Part shown: positions 8,700 through 17,800 of the stretch, piece after piece
Layout: each line of letters opens with the position of its first letter
Position numbering within the stretch: the first letter of the stretch is position 1
Virus record (IMG/VR): IMGVR_UViG_3300025030_000093
Location: 2,507 to 66,506 of that record
Strand: one strand, 5' to 3'
Length of the DNA: 64,000 bases
Origin: a virus
Notes under the pieces: model-generated
The model's input: only the letters and a program-made list of their open reading frames with translations
Databases searched by the model: none
What the model was told of the DNA's origin: nothing
Position numbers and translations under genes: made by a program

Positions 8700-8993
8700 A
8701 TGACCTGTATCTTCTGCGGCGGCATCGAACACGCTTGGAACTTCTTTCGTAAGAAGCGTTCACCTTGCCGGGTAGGAGATAACGCGGTCAGTATAGTATG
8801 CTCTACCTGTGTCCAGCGGTTACTGCGGGGCAAGAAAGAGACACTACAAAAAGCACTCGACAAAGCAACGGAACTTGACCGGCCAGATCAGGTGAAAGCG
8901 TTAAAGCATCTGGTGTTCGAGAATATATCTACTACGCTTTCTACGGAAGGCGTACGCGAACGAAAAGTAAGTCTGCGGCACAAAGGCGGCTGA
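8700..8993 (+). CDS. zinc-ribbon hypothetical protein
   Basis: CIFC...CSTC. Confidence 0.6.
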   Translation: MTCIFCGGIEHAWNFFRKKRSPCRVGDNAVSIVCSTCVQRLLRGKKETLQKALDKATELDRPDQVKALKHLVFENISTTLSTEGVRERKVSLRHKGG

Positions 8994-9209
8994 AAATAGA
9001 TCGTTGATTGTAGAGCACCGTAGGCGTCCAGTTACAACAAGGAGGAGAACAATGCGGCTTTTGCTTGATATATTAGAAGTACTTTTCTATTGGGTGATGA
9101 TACTGGTCGCATATACTATATGTGCAATTCTTGTGGTAGTTGTTGGGCTATTCTGGCTTGCGAATGGACCGAGATTGGGCATAGAAAACAACGCATAAAG
9201 GAGCGTGAA

Positions 9210-9401
9210 ATGGCTCTTAATTTAAGAAAATATAAAGATTCACCGCCGGAACTTCTGCGCGAGATCGAAAAATTGCGGGACGAAAACGATCATTTGTATT
9301 ATTTGCTGAACGAATGGATGGCAGAACATGACAATTACGATTGGCTTTCAGATGAGACTCGCAAGGTACTGGATATAGCAGATAACCCGGAGGGGAAATG
9401 A
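9210..9401 (+). CDS. hypothetical protein
   Basis: AAGGAG RBS, coupled to next gene. Confidence 0.6.
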   Translation: MALNLRKYKDSPPELLREIEKLRDENDHLYYLLNEWMAEHDNYDWLSDETRKVLDIADNPEGK

Positions 9402-9796
9402 CCTTTTATCTTGCAAGTAGGTATGATAACAAGTTCTTTTTGCGCGGAGTGCGGGATAAACTTAGTGCAATGGGCCATGAAGTATTCAGTAATTGGATCG
9501 ACGAAAAGGAGCCGCCGAATATACAATTAGATGAAGTGCCGGTTGAGAAACTACAAGAATACGCCTTACAGGACATAACAGAGATCGAGGAGGTTGATGC
9601 TTTTGTCCACTTTCAATCTATGAACCGTCCGAATATTCGCGGCGGGGCCTTAGTTGAGTTCGGCATGGCTTACATTTGGGGATTGGAAATGATTATCGTT
9701 GGCGACCGGGTGAATATATTTGACTTCCTGCCAGCGGTAACTTGTTTTCCGACGGTTGAAGAATTTCTAACTTGGGCGGAAAAGGAGAGCGCATGA
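9398..9796 (+). CDS. nucleoside 2-deoxyribosyltransferase-like (NDT fold) protein
   Basis: FYLAS, QDITEIEEVDAFV, GGALVEFGMA with catalytic Glu position. Confidence 0.8.
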   Translation: MTFYLASRYDNKFFLRGVRDKLSAMGHEVFSNWIDEKEPPNIQLDEVPVEKLQEYALQDITEIEEVDAFVHFQSMNRPNIRGGALVEFGMAYIWGLEMIIVGDRVNIFDFLPAVTCFPTVEEFLTWAEKESA

Positions 9797-10110
9797 ATCT
9801 CTTTGATATTATAGAGTTATGTGGAAGGAATAAGTCTGGGGGATTTTTGGGCATTGGATGGGAACGTGAGGGCGTATGGCTGACCGAGAATAAACGCTTT
9901 TATGAAGATCGTTGCCATCGTCCTTACGAAAAGATAGTTGTTTCCCATTCCCTGAAAGATGCCTTGATGGATTATATTGACTCCAAGCTCCAATACTGCC
10001 GGAAGGTATATGCAGAAGCCGGTACAACGCGAGTTCGTATGCGCGAAGATGAGGCACTATTTTTAGAGGCCCGCGCTGAATTAGATAAAATTGCGGAAAA
10101 GGAGAAATGA
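9793..10110 (+). CDS. hypothetical protein
   Basis: AAGGAG RBS, ATGA overlap. Confidence 0.65.
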   Translation: MNLFDIIELCGRNKSGGFLGIGWEREGVWLTENKRFYEDRCHRPYEKIVVSHSLKDALMDYIDSKLQYCRKVYAEAGTTRVRMREDEALFLEARAELDKIAEKEK

Positions 10111-10457
10111 AATGGAACTTAAAAGTCCAACTAAGTTGACAAATGACGAATGGAGAAACGCCGAGGGATTACAAAAGTTACTATGTATGCTGTTCGTGTT
10201 TGGCTCACCTATACTTATCGCGTGTATTGTGCTTGGCGTAATGTATTGTACCTATCTATTGGGACAGTGGGCGAAAACCTTATGACCTTTCCTGCTGGCT
10301 GGCCGTGTAGCTCAGAGACATGGAGAAAGCAGATGAAGGAACTCCGGGAACGGCCACTTGAATTATATTGGTACGAAGGCTATCTTTATATTAACGGCTC
10401 CTTGCATGGTTACGGCATGGAGAGGACAAGGCATAGGCCAAGAATAGGAGAGAAAAA

Positions 10458-10697
10458 ATGAACTTTCCTTTGCCGGAAGCATTAAAGGAGTTAAGGAGAG
10501 CAACTAATGGCAATTTCAGTATTAATTCCCGGCAAGAGGTAGTTGGCGGCGAAACCATCACTATACGCGCAGGCGAAGTTGGCGAAACTCAGCGAAGTTT
10601 ACAATATATATGTCGAGACAATAACGATATGAATTTTGATCCGTGGCTATGGGAACTTCAGGGCGCTTTAAACGCTATCCTGAAAGGACAAGGCTAA
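10458..10697 (+). CDS. hypothetical protein
   Basis: AGGAG RBS. Confidence 0.6.
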   Translation: MNFPLPEALKELRRATNGNFSINSRQEVVGGETITIRAGEVGETQRSLQYICRDNNDMNFDPWLWELQGALNAILKGQG

Positions 10698-10997
10698 ATG
10701 AGTCTCTTTGATAAGATTCTCATGCGCACATTGCGGAAAGAAGGAGAAAGAAGAATGAATCAAGAGGAATTTAATGAACGATCAAACATGCTGGATAGAA
10801 TAGTGCAACTGAAGGCTGAATTAGAAATGGCGGAACTTGTCGAACGGCGATTGCGAACATCATGGGAAGAAGAATGCGCCAAGTTAATAAAGCTTCAAAA
10901 GGCATGGGATCGCCTAATTCATGTTATAGAATCCAAGCCATTGATACAGACTGAAATCGCTAATGCGTTGGAGAAAGAAGGAGTAGAAAATGAATAG
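10698..10997 (+). CDS. coiled-coil hypothetical protein
   Basis: Coupled ORF; alternative internal start MNQEE with AAGGAG RBS. Confidence 0.6.
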   Translation: MSLFDKILMRTLRKEGERRMNQEEFNERSNMLDRIVQLKAELEMAELVERRLRTSWEEECAKLIKLQKAWDRLIHVIESKPLIQTEIANALEKEGVENE

Positions 10998-11193
10998 AGC
11001 AGAAGAACGGCAAGCGATGCTGGATGAGATTGAAGCCCTGAAACTATCAAAAGAGTCCATACGATTAGACCTCAATCTCGCAAGAGCCTATTTATCCTGT
11101 GCGGTCAATAGCCTCGACTGGGACGGCTGGGAACGGAACAAGGGAAAAGTTTCACTGTTCTTAGCGACACTGAAGGAAGTATATGATGATTGA
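10990..11193 (+). CDS. hypothetical protein
   Basis: AAGGAG RBS. Confidence 0.6.
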   Translation: MNRAEERQAMLDEIEALKLSKESIRLDLNLARAYLSCAVNSLDWDGWERNKGKVSLFLATLKEVYDD

Positions 11194-11219
11194 TTTCATA
11201 ATTCCCATAGGGAGTAGAC

Positions 11220-11744
11220 ATGGCAAAGATTCTTGCGATTGACCCCGGTTCGGAGCAAAGCGCCTACGTAATGTGGGATACAGAGCGCCATGACTTTGTT
11301 ATTGACGGCGGTATAGGCGATGAAGCGGGTCTGCCTATTGACGAAAAGGCTATTTTGCCCAATGAAGAAATGCACAATGTCGTTAGTCGGGCTATAATCA
11401 ATATTGGCATTGAGTTAATTGCTATTGAAATGATTCAATCTTACGGTCATGCAGTTGGCCGTTCAACATTTCAAACTATCCTTTTTATCGGTAGCATAAT
11501 GCAAGCTGCCGGATACGAAATGGCCGTTGTTCCCACTGTAATTCCTGTCAGGCTTTACGCCCGCACGACAATCAAAGGAGCTTTGGGTGGGTGTAAAACT
11601 GATGCAGATGTACGACAAGCAATCAGGCAGAGATATGGCGAGGCCCGCAAAGGGGAGAAACTTGAAGGTGTTGTGAAGGATATTTGGTCAGCATTGGCTC
11701 TTGCTATTGTTTTGGAGGAAAACGACAAACTTAAAACATGGTAA
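11220..11744 (+). CDS. RuvC-like Holliday junction resolvase
   Basis: ILAIDPG, IAIE, DIWSALALA acidic catalytic motifs. Confidence 0.8.
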   Translation: MAKILAIDPGSEQSAYVMWDTERHDFVIDGGIGDEAGLPIDEKAILPNEEMHNVVSRAIINIGIELIAIEMIQSYGHAVGRSTFQTILFIGSIMQAAGYEMAVVPTVIPVRLYARTTIKGALGGCKTDADVRQAIRQRYGEARKGEKLEGVVKDIWSALALAIVLEENDKLKTW

Positions 11745-11899
11745 ACGGCGAGAAGAACTATATCCATGTTCAGATATTGTCGGTATAACTCCACGTTACT
11801 TCGGGGCGTGGACGCGGCGGTACTGGCTGAATCTCCACTACCGTACCGAAGTTACGGCATTCGGCCAGCCGCCGGCTTTTATCAAGAAAGGGTTACAAA

Positions 11900-12265
11900 A
11901 TGAAATGGCTTTTAGGTGAAACGCTTTTGCCTTTAGAATTTTCTCGGCGCGGCCTGCGCTTTCTATGGCAACGACTATGTCGCGGATGGGATGATACTGT
12001 ATTGTGGGATTTATATGCTCAACATACAGCATACATCTTACCACGATTAAGGGCCTTTCGAGATCATCATGCTGGTTATCCGGGTTCACTTACAGATAAG
12101 CAATGGCAGAAAATCTTAGATAACATAGTCGATGCGTTCGAGTTAATCGCAATCCGGGATGCTTGGGAATGGGGAAACGATAAAGGGCGGATAGAGAAAA
12201 ACGAAAAGAAGATTAAAAAAGGCTTGCGATTATTTGCTAAATGGTATCTTTATTTGTGGGATTAG
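11900..12265 (+). CDS. phage hypothetical protein
   Basis: W.L...ILPRL..F....GYP...W..IL..I...F...GL.LF..Y..LWD pattern typical of a phage family. Confidence 0.75.
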   Translation: MKWLLGETLLPLEFSRRGLRFLWQRLCRGWDDTVLWDLYAQHTAYILPRLRAFRDHHAGYPGSLTDKQWQKILDNIVDAFELIAIRDAWEWGNDKGRIEKNEKKIKKGLRLFAKWYLYLWD

Positions 12266-12281
12266 CGAGAAAGGAGAACTG

Positions 12282-12662
12282 ATGTCGGGTTTTTGCCAGG
12301 TAGAAATAACGGGCTATGCGGGTAAAGACGCAGAGCTAAAGACTACCGCAGGCGGCAAGCAGCTATGTATATGGTCTGTGGCTTGTGGTAAGGACAAGTT
12401 TACGCAGTGGCATAATCTGCAAGCATGGGGCGAAATGGCACAATTAGCATCTACTTTAAAGAAAGGAGATAAATTTAAAGCAGTAGGTACCATTCAATAT
12501 AATAAATATAAGGATAAGACATATACTAATATAGTGATATTTGAGCTAGAATTAGGGGCCTCGGTTACAAAGAAAGTAGGAGATACAGTTATAATTGCCG
12601 GAGAAACATACGAAGTAGTTAACGATGCGCCGCCAGCCGACGATAAAGACCTGCCATTCTGA
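12282..12662 (+). CDS. ssb: single-stranded DNA-binding protein (copy 1)
   Basis: OB-fold G..GKDAEL, TQWH....W, LKKG; acidic tail DDKDLPF. Confidence 0.85.
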   Translation: MSGFCQVEITGYAGKDAELKTTAGGKQLCIWSVACGKDKFTQWHNLQAWGEMAQLASTLKKGDKFKAVGTIQYNKYKDKTYTNIVIFELELGASVTKKVGDTVIIAGETYEVVNDAPPADDKDLPF

Positions 12663-12671
12663 GGAGGAAAG

Positions 12672-13040
12672 ATGAATCTTGAAAAGTTTTGGGTAGCCGC
12701 CGGAGCCGTTCAGTCGATAAATAAAGACGATCATTATGTAATCATGGCCTTGCCGAACGGAACGGAAGTAGCCGTTGAAAATATGATCGCTGGAGAGACG
12801 GAAAGATGGATATGGTACGAACCTATTGATATGCCAATAACATTTTTGATAAAACTCATGGAGCAATGGAGCGGTAAAGAGGGCTATGATAGTACCTTCT
12901 ATGCGTGTGGCGTGAACCGAGAGAACCGTAGCCCAACGTATCGCATTGAGTGGTTCGAGCCGGATATTCGCGTCGAGGCATATCCCCTGAAGAAAGCAAT
13001 CATCCTTGCGCTTTGCCAACGCTTTGGTGTGGAGGTTTAA
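12672..13040 (+). CDS. hypothetical protein
   Basis: GAGGAGG RBS. Confidence 0.7.
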   Translation: MNLEKFWVAAGAVQSINKDDHYVIMALPNGTEVAVENMIAGETERWIWYEPIDMPITFLIKLMEQWSGKEGYDSTFYACGVNRENRSPTYRIEWFEPDIRVEAYPLKKAIILALCQRFGVEV

Positions 13041-13400
13041 ATGAAAAAGGAAAAACCTACAGAGGAACAGCGTAAAAAGGCTATTAAGTTTTTGCGGGAC
13101 GCCGCACCTATTGCAGCAAAGCGCCTTGCGCCGGTATATGAGGCTTTGAATTGGCAATGGCGCGATATAGGGATACCGGGAGAAAGAGAAATTTTAGAAA
13201 GCATTCACGACTCAATCAATTCCTTTGATCGTCCTGATATTATCGCTTGTTCCAGTGGCGGAATAAGAGTACGGATCGGCATGGATGAGGACAACATGTA
13301 TTGTGAAGCGGGCATTGAATTTACTTATTACTTACAGTCTAATGACATAGATGATGCGGAAGGAAGCGCCAAGCAAATAGAAAGGGAGATAGCAAAATGA
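13041..13400 (+). CDS. hypothetical protein
   Basis: GGAGG RBS. Confidence 0.7.
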   Translation: MKKEKPTEEQRKKAIKFLRDAAPIAAKRLAPVYEALNWQWRDIGIPGEREILESIHDSINSFDRPDIIACSSGGIRVRIGMDEDNMYCEAGIEFTYYLQSNDIDDAEGSAKQIEREIAK

Positions 13401-14395
13401 AAGTCTATAATCCGAACGCGAGTTGCCCGAAGTGCGGACACAAAACTGCCACTACTCACTATCTTGGAGGATATTTAACAAGGAAATGTCCGCGTTGTGA
13501 TTACAGCTGGGAAGAACTGCCGCTGGATTATCAATTCAAGTCTGACGCAGAAAGCATCGAGGCCCACAAGGATATTCCGATTCCGACAACGCCCCTGCCG
13601 GAGTTTATCTGTACGCTAAAGGCTATGGAAGCTGAACCCGAACACACCGCTCCACCTGCCGCAAAGTGCTGGTGCGGCCTGGAACTGAAAGCGGTCGGTA
13701 TGCCGGACTTTATTGGAGATGACCGCCCTTGCACCCTTCATTACGAATGTTCTGAGCATGGAACCAACTATCAGCGCAAGCCGTATGCCGGTATCGCTAT
13801 ATCAGGCAAGGCGCGGTCAGGCAAGTCAACATTGGCTGATATGCTGGTGAACAAGCTCGGCGCTCCGTGGCATGTTGAGTCGTTAAGCGACGCCGTGCTG
13901 GAAGAATTTGCGAAAGAGAAGTGGCAGGTAGAATACGCGGAACATGGCCTTGGCCCTCTGATTATCGGTATCAATGCCAACAAAGAATTATTCCGGCCTG
14001 AGTTGATCGAACTCGGCCAGCGCCGCCGCGCAGAGGACCCGGACTACTGGATAAAGCGGCTATCTTGCAATCCGAATGCAATAATACCGAATTGCAGGTT
14101 CGTAAACGAGTACAATCACTTCATATCTAAAAACTTTTACATGGTGCGCGTAGATGCAACGCCCGAAGTCCGTGAAGCAAGAGGCTGCCCCGACTTGGAT
14201 GATCCGAGCGAGACAGATTTAGACTCGATAAAAGCGTGGAATTGGGACTATGTAGTCCTGAATAATACAAGCCTGAACAACCTCAACTATCAAGCTGATC
14301 ACATTGCTGAAATCGTCCTAGAGGGCATGAGGCCGGATTGCCAGTGCGGTTGCGATTGTAAAACTAAACAAGGAGAGGATAGTGGTAGCGATTAA
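13397..14395 (+). CDS. dNMP/phosphomevalonate-kinase-like P-loop kinase with N-terminal zinc ribbons
   Basis: ISGKARSGKST Walker A, R..L...G...R..DPDYWI, RF.NE, SETDLD. Confidence 0.8.
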   Translation: MKVYNPNASCPKCGHKTATTHYLGGYLTRKCPRCDYSWEELPLDYQFKSDAESIEAHKDIPIPTTPLPEFICTLKAMEAEPEHTAPPAAKCWCGLELKAVGMPDFIGDDRPCTLHYECSEHGTNYQRKPYAGIAISGKARSGKSTLADMLVNKLGAPWHVESLSDAVLEEFAKEKWQVEYAEHGLGPLIIGINANKELFRPELIELGQRRRAEDPDYWIKRLSCNPNAIIPNCRFVNEYNHFISKNFYMVRVDATPEVREARGCPDLDDPSETDLDSIKAWNWDYVVLNNTSLNNLNYQADHIAEIVLEGMRPDCQCGCDCKTKQGEDSGSD

Positions 14396-15272
14396 GAAGG
14401 AACGCTTTAAGTATATCAATAATGCAGTGGTTGTGTCAGACTTACACTGTGGTTGTCGGATGGGTTTATATCCCTGCGATACATGGGAAGATTTGATAAT
14501 GGATGGTGGGGCTACGCATAAGCCCTCTAAATTTCAAGTTGAGGTATTTGCTGTATGGAAAAAGTTTTGGGATGATTGGGTTTCAGAGGCCACACGCAAA
14601 GAGGATTACGTCTTGGTTGTCAATGGTGACGGCGTAGACGGCAGACATCACAATTCGGTCACTCAGATTAGTCAAAATATGTCCGACCAGAAGAAAATTG
14701 CCGAGGCAGTCTTGGGGCCAATCCTTGCGAAGCCCAAGTGTAAGGCGTTATATTGGATTCGTGGGACTGAGGCTCATGTCGGCCCAAGTGCAGAACACGA
14801 GGAAGATTTGGCTAAATCCCTTGGAGCGATTAAGAACGAGGAAGGACAGCATTCATCATATACTATGTATTTGCGGCTCGGTGGTGAAAAGGGTTGCCTG
14901 ATTCATTTCGCCCACCATATCGCCGGAACGGGGAGAACACATTACGAATCAAGCGCGGTCATGGGAGAGATTGGAGATATGTATGTGGAGGCTGGGAGAT
15001 GGGGCAATTCTGCGGTGGATATTTTAGTCCGAAGTCATCGTCATAGGTATATTGAAGTGAGAGTGCCGAGCCGACATGGCTATACCATAGGTTGCGTTAC
15101 GCCGGGATTCCAAGGACCAACGCCATTTTCCAGGAAAATTGCCGGGGGAAGGCAATCTGAGCCGCAGGTAGGAGGAATAGTTATTCGGCAAGGTGATATG
15201 GATTCGTACACTCGCTCATTTGTTGTTGGTATGCCACGCGCACCTGAAATTATAGCAAAGGACAGGGTATAG
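14382..15272 (+). CDS. calcineurin-like metallophosphoesterase
   Basis: SDLH, GDGVDG, GTEAH (variant of GNH), HH, SHRH motifs. Confidence 0.85.
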   Translation: MVAIKKERFKYINNAVVVSDLHCGCRMGLYPCDTWEDLIMDGGATHKPSKFQVEVFAVWKKFWDDWVSEATRKEDYVLVVNGDGVDGRHHNSVTQISQNMSDQKKIAEAVLGPILAKPKCKALYWIRGTEAHVGPSAEHEEDLAKSLGAIKNEEGQHSSYTMYLRLGGEKGCLIHFAHHIAGTGRTHYESSAVMGEIGDMYVEAGRWGNSAVDILVRSHRHRYIEVRVPSRHGYTIGCVTPGFQGPTPFSRKIAGGRQSEPQVGGIVIRQGDMDSYTRSFVVGMPRAPEIIAKDRV

Positions 15273-15281
15273 GAGTCCATA

Positions 15282-15554
15282 ATGGAGATAACATCAGAAG
15301 CACTTAAAGAGGCTTACGCGGAAATCGAGGCTTTACGCATAGAGCGACACACCCTGAAGTTCGTCTTTTCGGATGAACTGTTTGAGTTTATCACTAAGGC
15401 GTTGGGTGATCCTAAGTCACGGACTCCCGATAGATTGAGCTACAATGATGTGGCGGAATTATTGACGCGCAAAGGTTGGTGGAGGGGAACGGGCAATGCC
15501 CTATCTCAAGCGTACCTGAAAGACAAACGCAACAGGAGCAAGGATGATAGATAG
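15282..15554 (+). CDS. putative HTH DNA-binding protein
   Basis: LSYNDVAELL...GTGNALSQAY helix pattern. Confidence 0.5.
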   Translation: MEITSEALKEAYAEIEALRIERHTLKFVFSDELFEFITKALGDPKSRTPDRLSYNDVAELLTRKGWWRGTGNALSQAYLKDKRNRSKDDR

Positions 15555-15760
15555 TAATTTTTTGCTTCTCGAATTTCTTTTAACCATTTCCAGCAACGCC
15601 TATTATCATCCACGGTTTGTTCTGCCGGTATTCGCCGTGGACACGATGTATAACCGCGTATCGAACCTTGTCTTGGATGTAAATAGCCCTCATTTGTTTC
15701 ATGGGAAGAACTTTAGCATATCAGTAGTCAAGTAATCCTTGACAGCTGGAGAAGGTGCTA

Positions 15761-16126
15761 ATGCCAAGTTATTGCCAAGTTCGTTTACTCGGATATGCGG
15801 CTAGAGACGCGGATATTAGAGTTACTCCCGGCGGCAAATCGTTGGCTCTCTGGTCAATGGCTGTTCCTTTAAGCGAAGTTGTACAATGGCACAGGTGTCA
15901 GGCATGGAATAAGATTGCCGAGATTGCGGCAAGAATCCACAAGGGTGACTTGGTGGAGGTCGAGGGCACGATCTATTACCAAGAATATAAAGGCAAGGAA
16001 ATGACTTATATTGTTGCTTCTCGCGTATATTTGTTTGGCCGACGCGCCATAAAGGAGGACGAAGGGATACAAACAGAGTTATCGCCGGAGGAGTTGGCAG
16101 AGAGAGATAAAGATTTATCACCTTAA
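15761..16126 (+). CDS. ssb: single-stranded DNA-binding protein (copy 2)
   Basis: Paralog of 12282-12662: QWHRCQAW, KGDLVEVEG; tail DKDLSP. Confidence 0.8.
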   Translation: MPSYCQVRLLGYAARDADIRVTPGGKSLALWSMAVPLSEVVQWHRCQAWNKIAEIAARIHKGDLVEVEGTIYYQEYKGKEMTYIVASRVYLFGRRAIKEDEGIQTELSPEELAERDKDLSP

Positions 16127-16138
16127 AAGGAGGTTGCT

Positions 16139-16543
16139 GTGAAAAGATTCCTTTGGAGATTTTTCCAAAATGGGCTTGATGCTTTAATGATAGTATTCAG
16201 TATGAGGGCCGCCAAGACGAAAACGCCGTGGGATGATGAGATTGTCCGGCTGGCGGAATCCATCGGTGATAAGTTCATCCCTGGTCAGGTCAGTGCGGAT
16301 GGTAAAGCATGGATTGATCTGCCTGCGATTACATTGTCTGATAAGGGCAAAGTCGTTCGGGCCGTCGGGGCTATCGTGATGAAAGAACTTCTACTCAATC
16401 AGGATTTCCGCCGCGAGGCTCGGCTGGATGACATGCAGGCCGACCGCTTGCTGATCGCTTCGCTAACCTTCCTGAAGCCCGAAGCGGTTGATACGCCGGA
16501 GGAAATTCAGGCTATACTGGATACGATTAAACCAGAAATTTAG
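16139..16543 (+). CDS. hypothetical protein with TKTPWDD motif
   Basis: AAGGAGG RBS, GTG start. Confidence 0.7.
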   Translation: MKRFLWRFFQNGLDALMIVFSMRAAKTKTPWDDEIVRLAESIGDKFIPGQVSADGKAWIDLPAITLSDKGKVVRAVGAIVMKELLLNQDFRREARLDDMQADRLLIASLTFLKPEAVDTPEEIQAILDTIKPEI

Positions 16544-16555
16544 TTCCCACCAAGC

Positions 16556-16595
16556 AAAAGCGCCAGTCAAAACATCGGCTGGCGCTTCTTTATTT
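16556..16595. terminator. probable bidirectional intrinsic terminator at convergence of the two arms
   Basis: AAGCGCCAG/CTGGCGCTT stem flanked by A- and T-rich tracts; followed by two more hairpins (CCTGCGG/CCGCAGG, ACTGAAAG/CTTTCAGT). Confidence 0.75.
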
Positions 16596-16649
16596 CCTGC
16601 GGATCGTGACCCGCAGGGGACTGAAAGTAACATACGCTTTCAGTGGTGA

Positions 16650-17009
16650 TTAACTTCCGTTCTTAACAGCCGCCACTTCCGGGCGGTACGCCGGGGCACA
16701 GAACTTGTAGCCCTTCAAAATGGCGATCTGCTGATCTGGCGCATAGTCCAGCACGGCATGGTTTACGGTCGGCCAGAAGCCTAGGAGAATCGAAACGATC
16801 ATCCAGAATATTGTCGCGGCCTCCGTGTCGCCAACCGTCCGATCCTTCATGGAGAGGCGTACCTTGCCTAATATCGCAACCAGTCGCACAAATTTGGCGG
16901 TCCACGTCAGAAGATATGGACCAACGATCAATCCGATTATCTCCCAATGATCGACCAGCCAGACCGCGCCGTTCCAGGCTTGGAGTAGAATGCTTCCGAT
17001 TTCATCCAC
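16650..17009 (-). CDS. membrane protein (possible holin)
   Basis: Two hydrophobic segments; distal end of late operon. Confidence 0.55.
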   Translation of the reverse strand: MDEIGSILLQAWNGAVWLVDHWEIIGLIVGPYLLTWTAKFVRLVAILGKVRLSMKDRTVGDTEAATIFWMIVSILLGFWPTVNHAVLDYAPDQQIAILKGYKFCAPAYRPEVAAVKNGS

Positions 17010-17011
17010 GT

Positions 17012-17290
17012 TTACCTCCGGTTAACAGGTCTTTCCCGCAGTAAAGTTTCAATATCCTGCAAGAGCACGTTGTTCTCGCGTTGCCGTTCCGCAAGGCTTT
17101 CCATCTGCGTTTCGATCTTGACAATGCGGGCGTTGAGGCCGGAATACGCCATATAGAATCCACCGCCAGAACCAAACGCCCCAAGCATTAGAGTAATTAC
17201 CAGACCGATAAACAGCCGACAAGTGCTGTTACTTGCCCTTGTCTTGGCGAACTCCCATAGCTGGTCGTGTTCCCGCGTTTGTTCTGCCAT
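17012..17290 (-). CDS. single-TM coiled-coil protein (possible lysis accessory)
   Basis: TM LFIGLVITLMLGAFG followed by coiled coil. Confidence 0.55.
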   Translation of the reverse strand: MAEQTREHDQLWEFAKTRASNSTCRLFIGLVITLMLGAFGSGGGFYMAYSGLNARIVKIETQMESLAERQRENNVLLQDIETLLRERPVNRR

Positions 17291-17549
17291 GTATGATTCT
17301 CGTTGTGTCAGTTATGGTTGAGTCGGCTAAACTTGGTAAACTGTCCCTTGTTATTTCTTTCTCTTGTATCAGCGCGGCCTTGATCGCACAGAGCCGCTTA
17401 TACATATCCTGCTGTTGAGCGTCCATCTGCGCGATACTGCGAGTGATTGAGTCAATCTTCTGCGCCTTGGATATGGCTGTACTATCGGGGCCGCCGGGCC
17501 ATGCTATCGGCAATACGATCAAGCCGTACATCATCAGCCGTTTAATCAT
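17229..17549 (-). CDS. exported coiled-coil protein (possible spanin-like)
   Basis: MIKRLMMYGLIVLPIAW hydrophobic leader; coiled coil. Confidence 0.55.
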   Translation of the reverse strand: MIKRLMMYGLIVLPIAWPGGPDSTAISKAQKIDSITRSIAQMDAQQQDMYKRLCAIKAALIQEKEITRDSLPSLADSTITDTTRIIHGRTNAGTRPAMGVRQDKGK

Positions 17550-17800
17550 TTTACGATCTTCCTTCTTATGCTCGCACCGAGTATTGTTCCGCCAGTCCAG
17601 ACAGTCCAGTCGATAGCAGACTTCAGCCACCAACGCTTATTATCTGTCGCCGGGTGCGGGTCGGTTGCTTCTTTACCGGCCATGACTACGGCGGTTGGCA
17701 GTATAGCTTTCTTACCACCCGCTAGACCGATACCAAGACCACCAGCCAGATGCAGCAAGTTACGTTTAACCAACCCTTTGACTGTGAGGAAAGGGTGCAT
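17546..17800 (-). CDS. small membrane protein
   Basis: LLHL.GG..., KE..D, D...W..G pattern with hydrophobic helices. Confidence 0.6.
   Translation of the reverse strand: MHPFLTVKGLVKRNLLHLAGGLGIGLAGGKKAILPTAVVMAGKEATDPHPATDNKRWWLKSAIDWTVWTGGTILGASIRRKIVK

Noticed and set aside
7781-8700. Intron hosting the HNH gene
   Set aside because: No interrupted gene or intron core on the flanks; the HNH has its own RBS and appears free-standing.
12552-13157. 201-aa minus-strand ORF and similar antisense ORFs in the left arm
   Set aside because: They overlap well-supported, RBS-led, translationally coupled plus-strand genes.
15544-15735. ORF or gene remnant between the HTH gene and second ssb
   Set aside because: No convincing motif on either strand; cannot assign.
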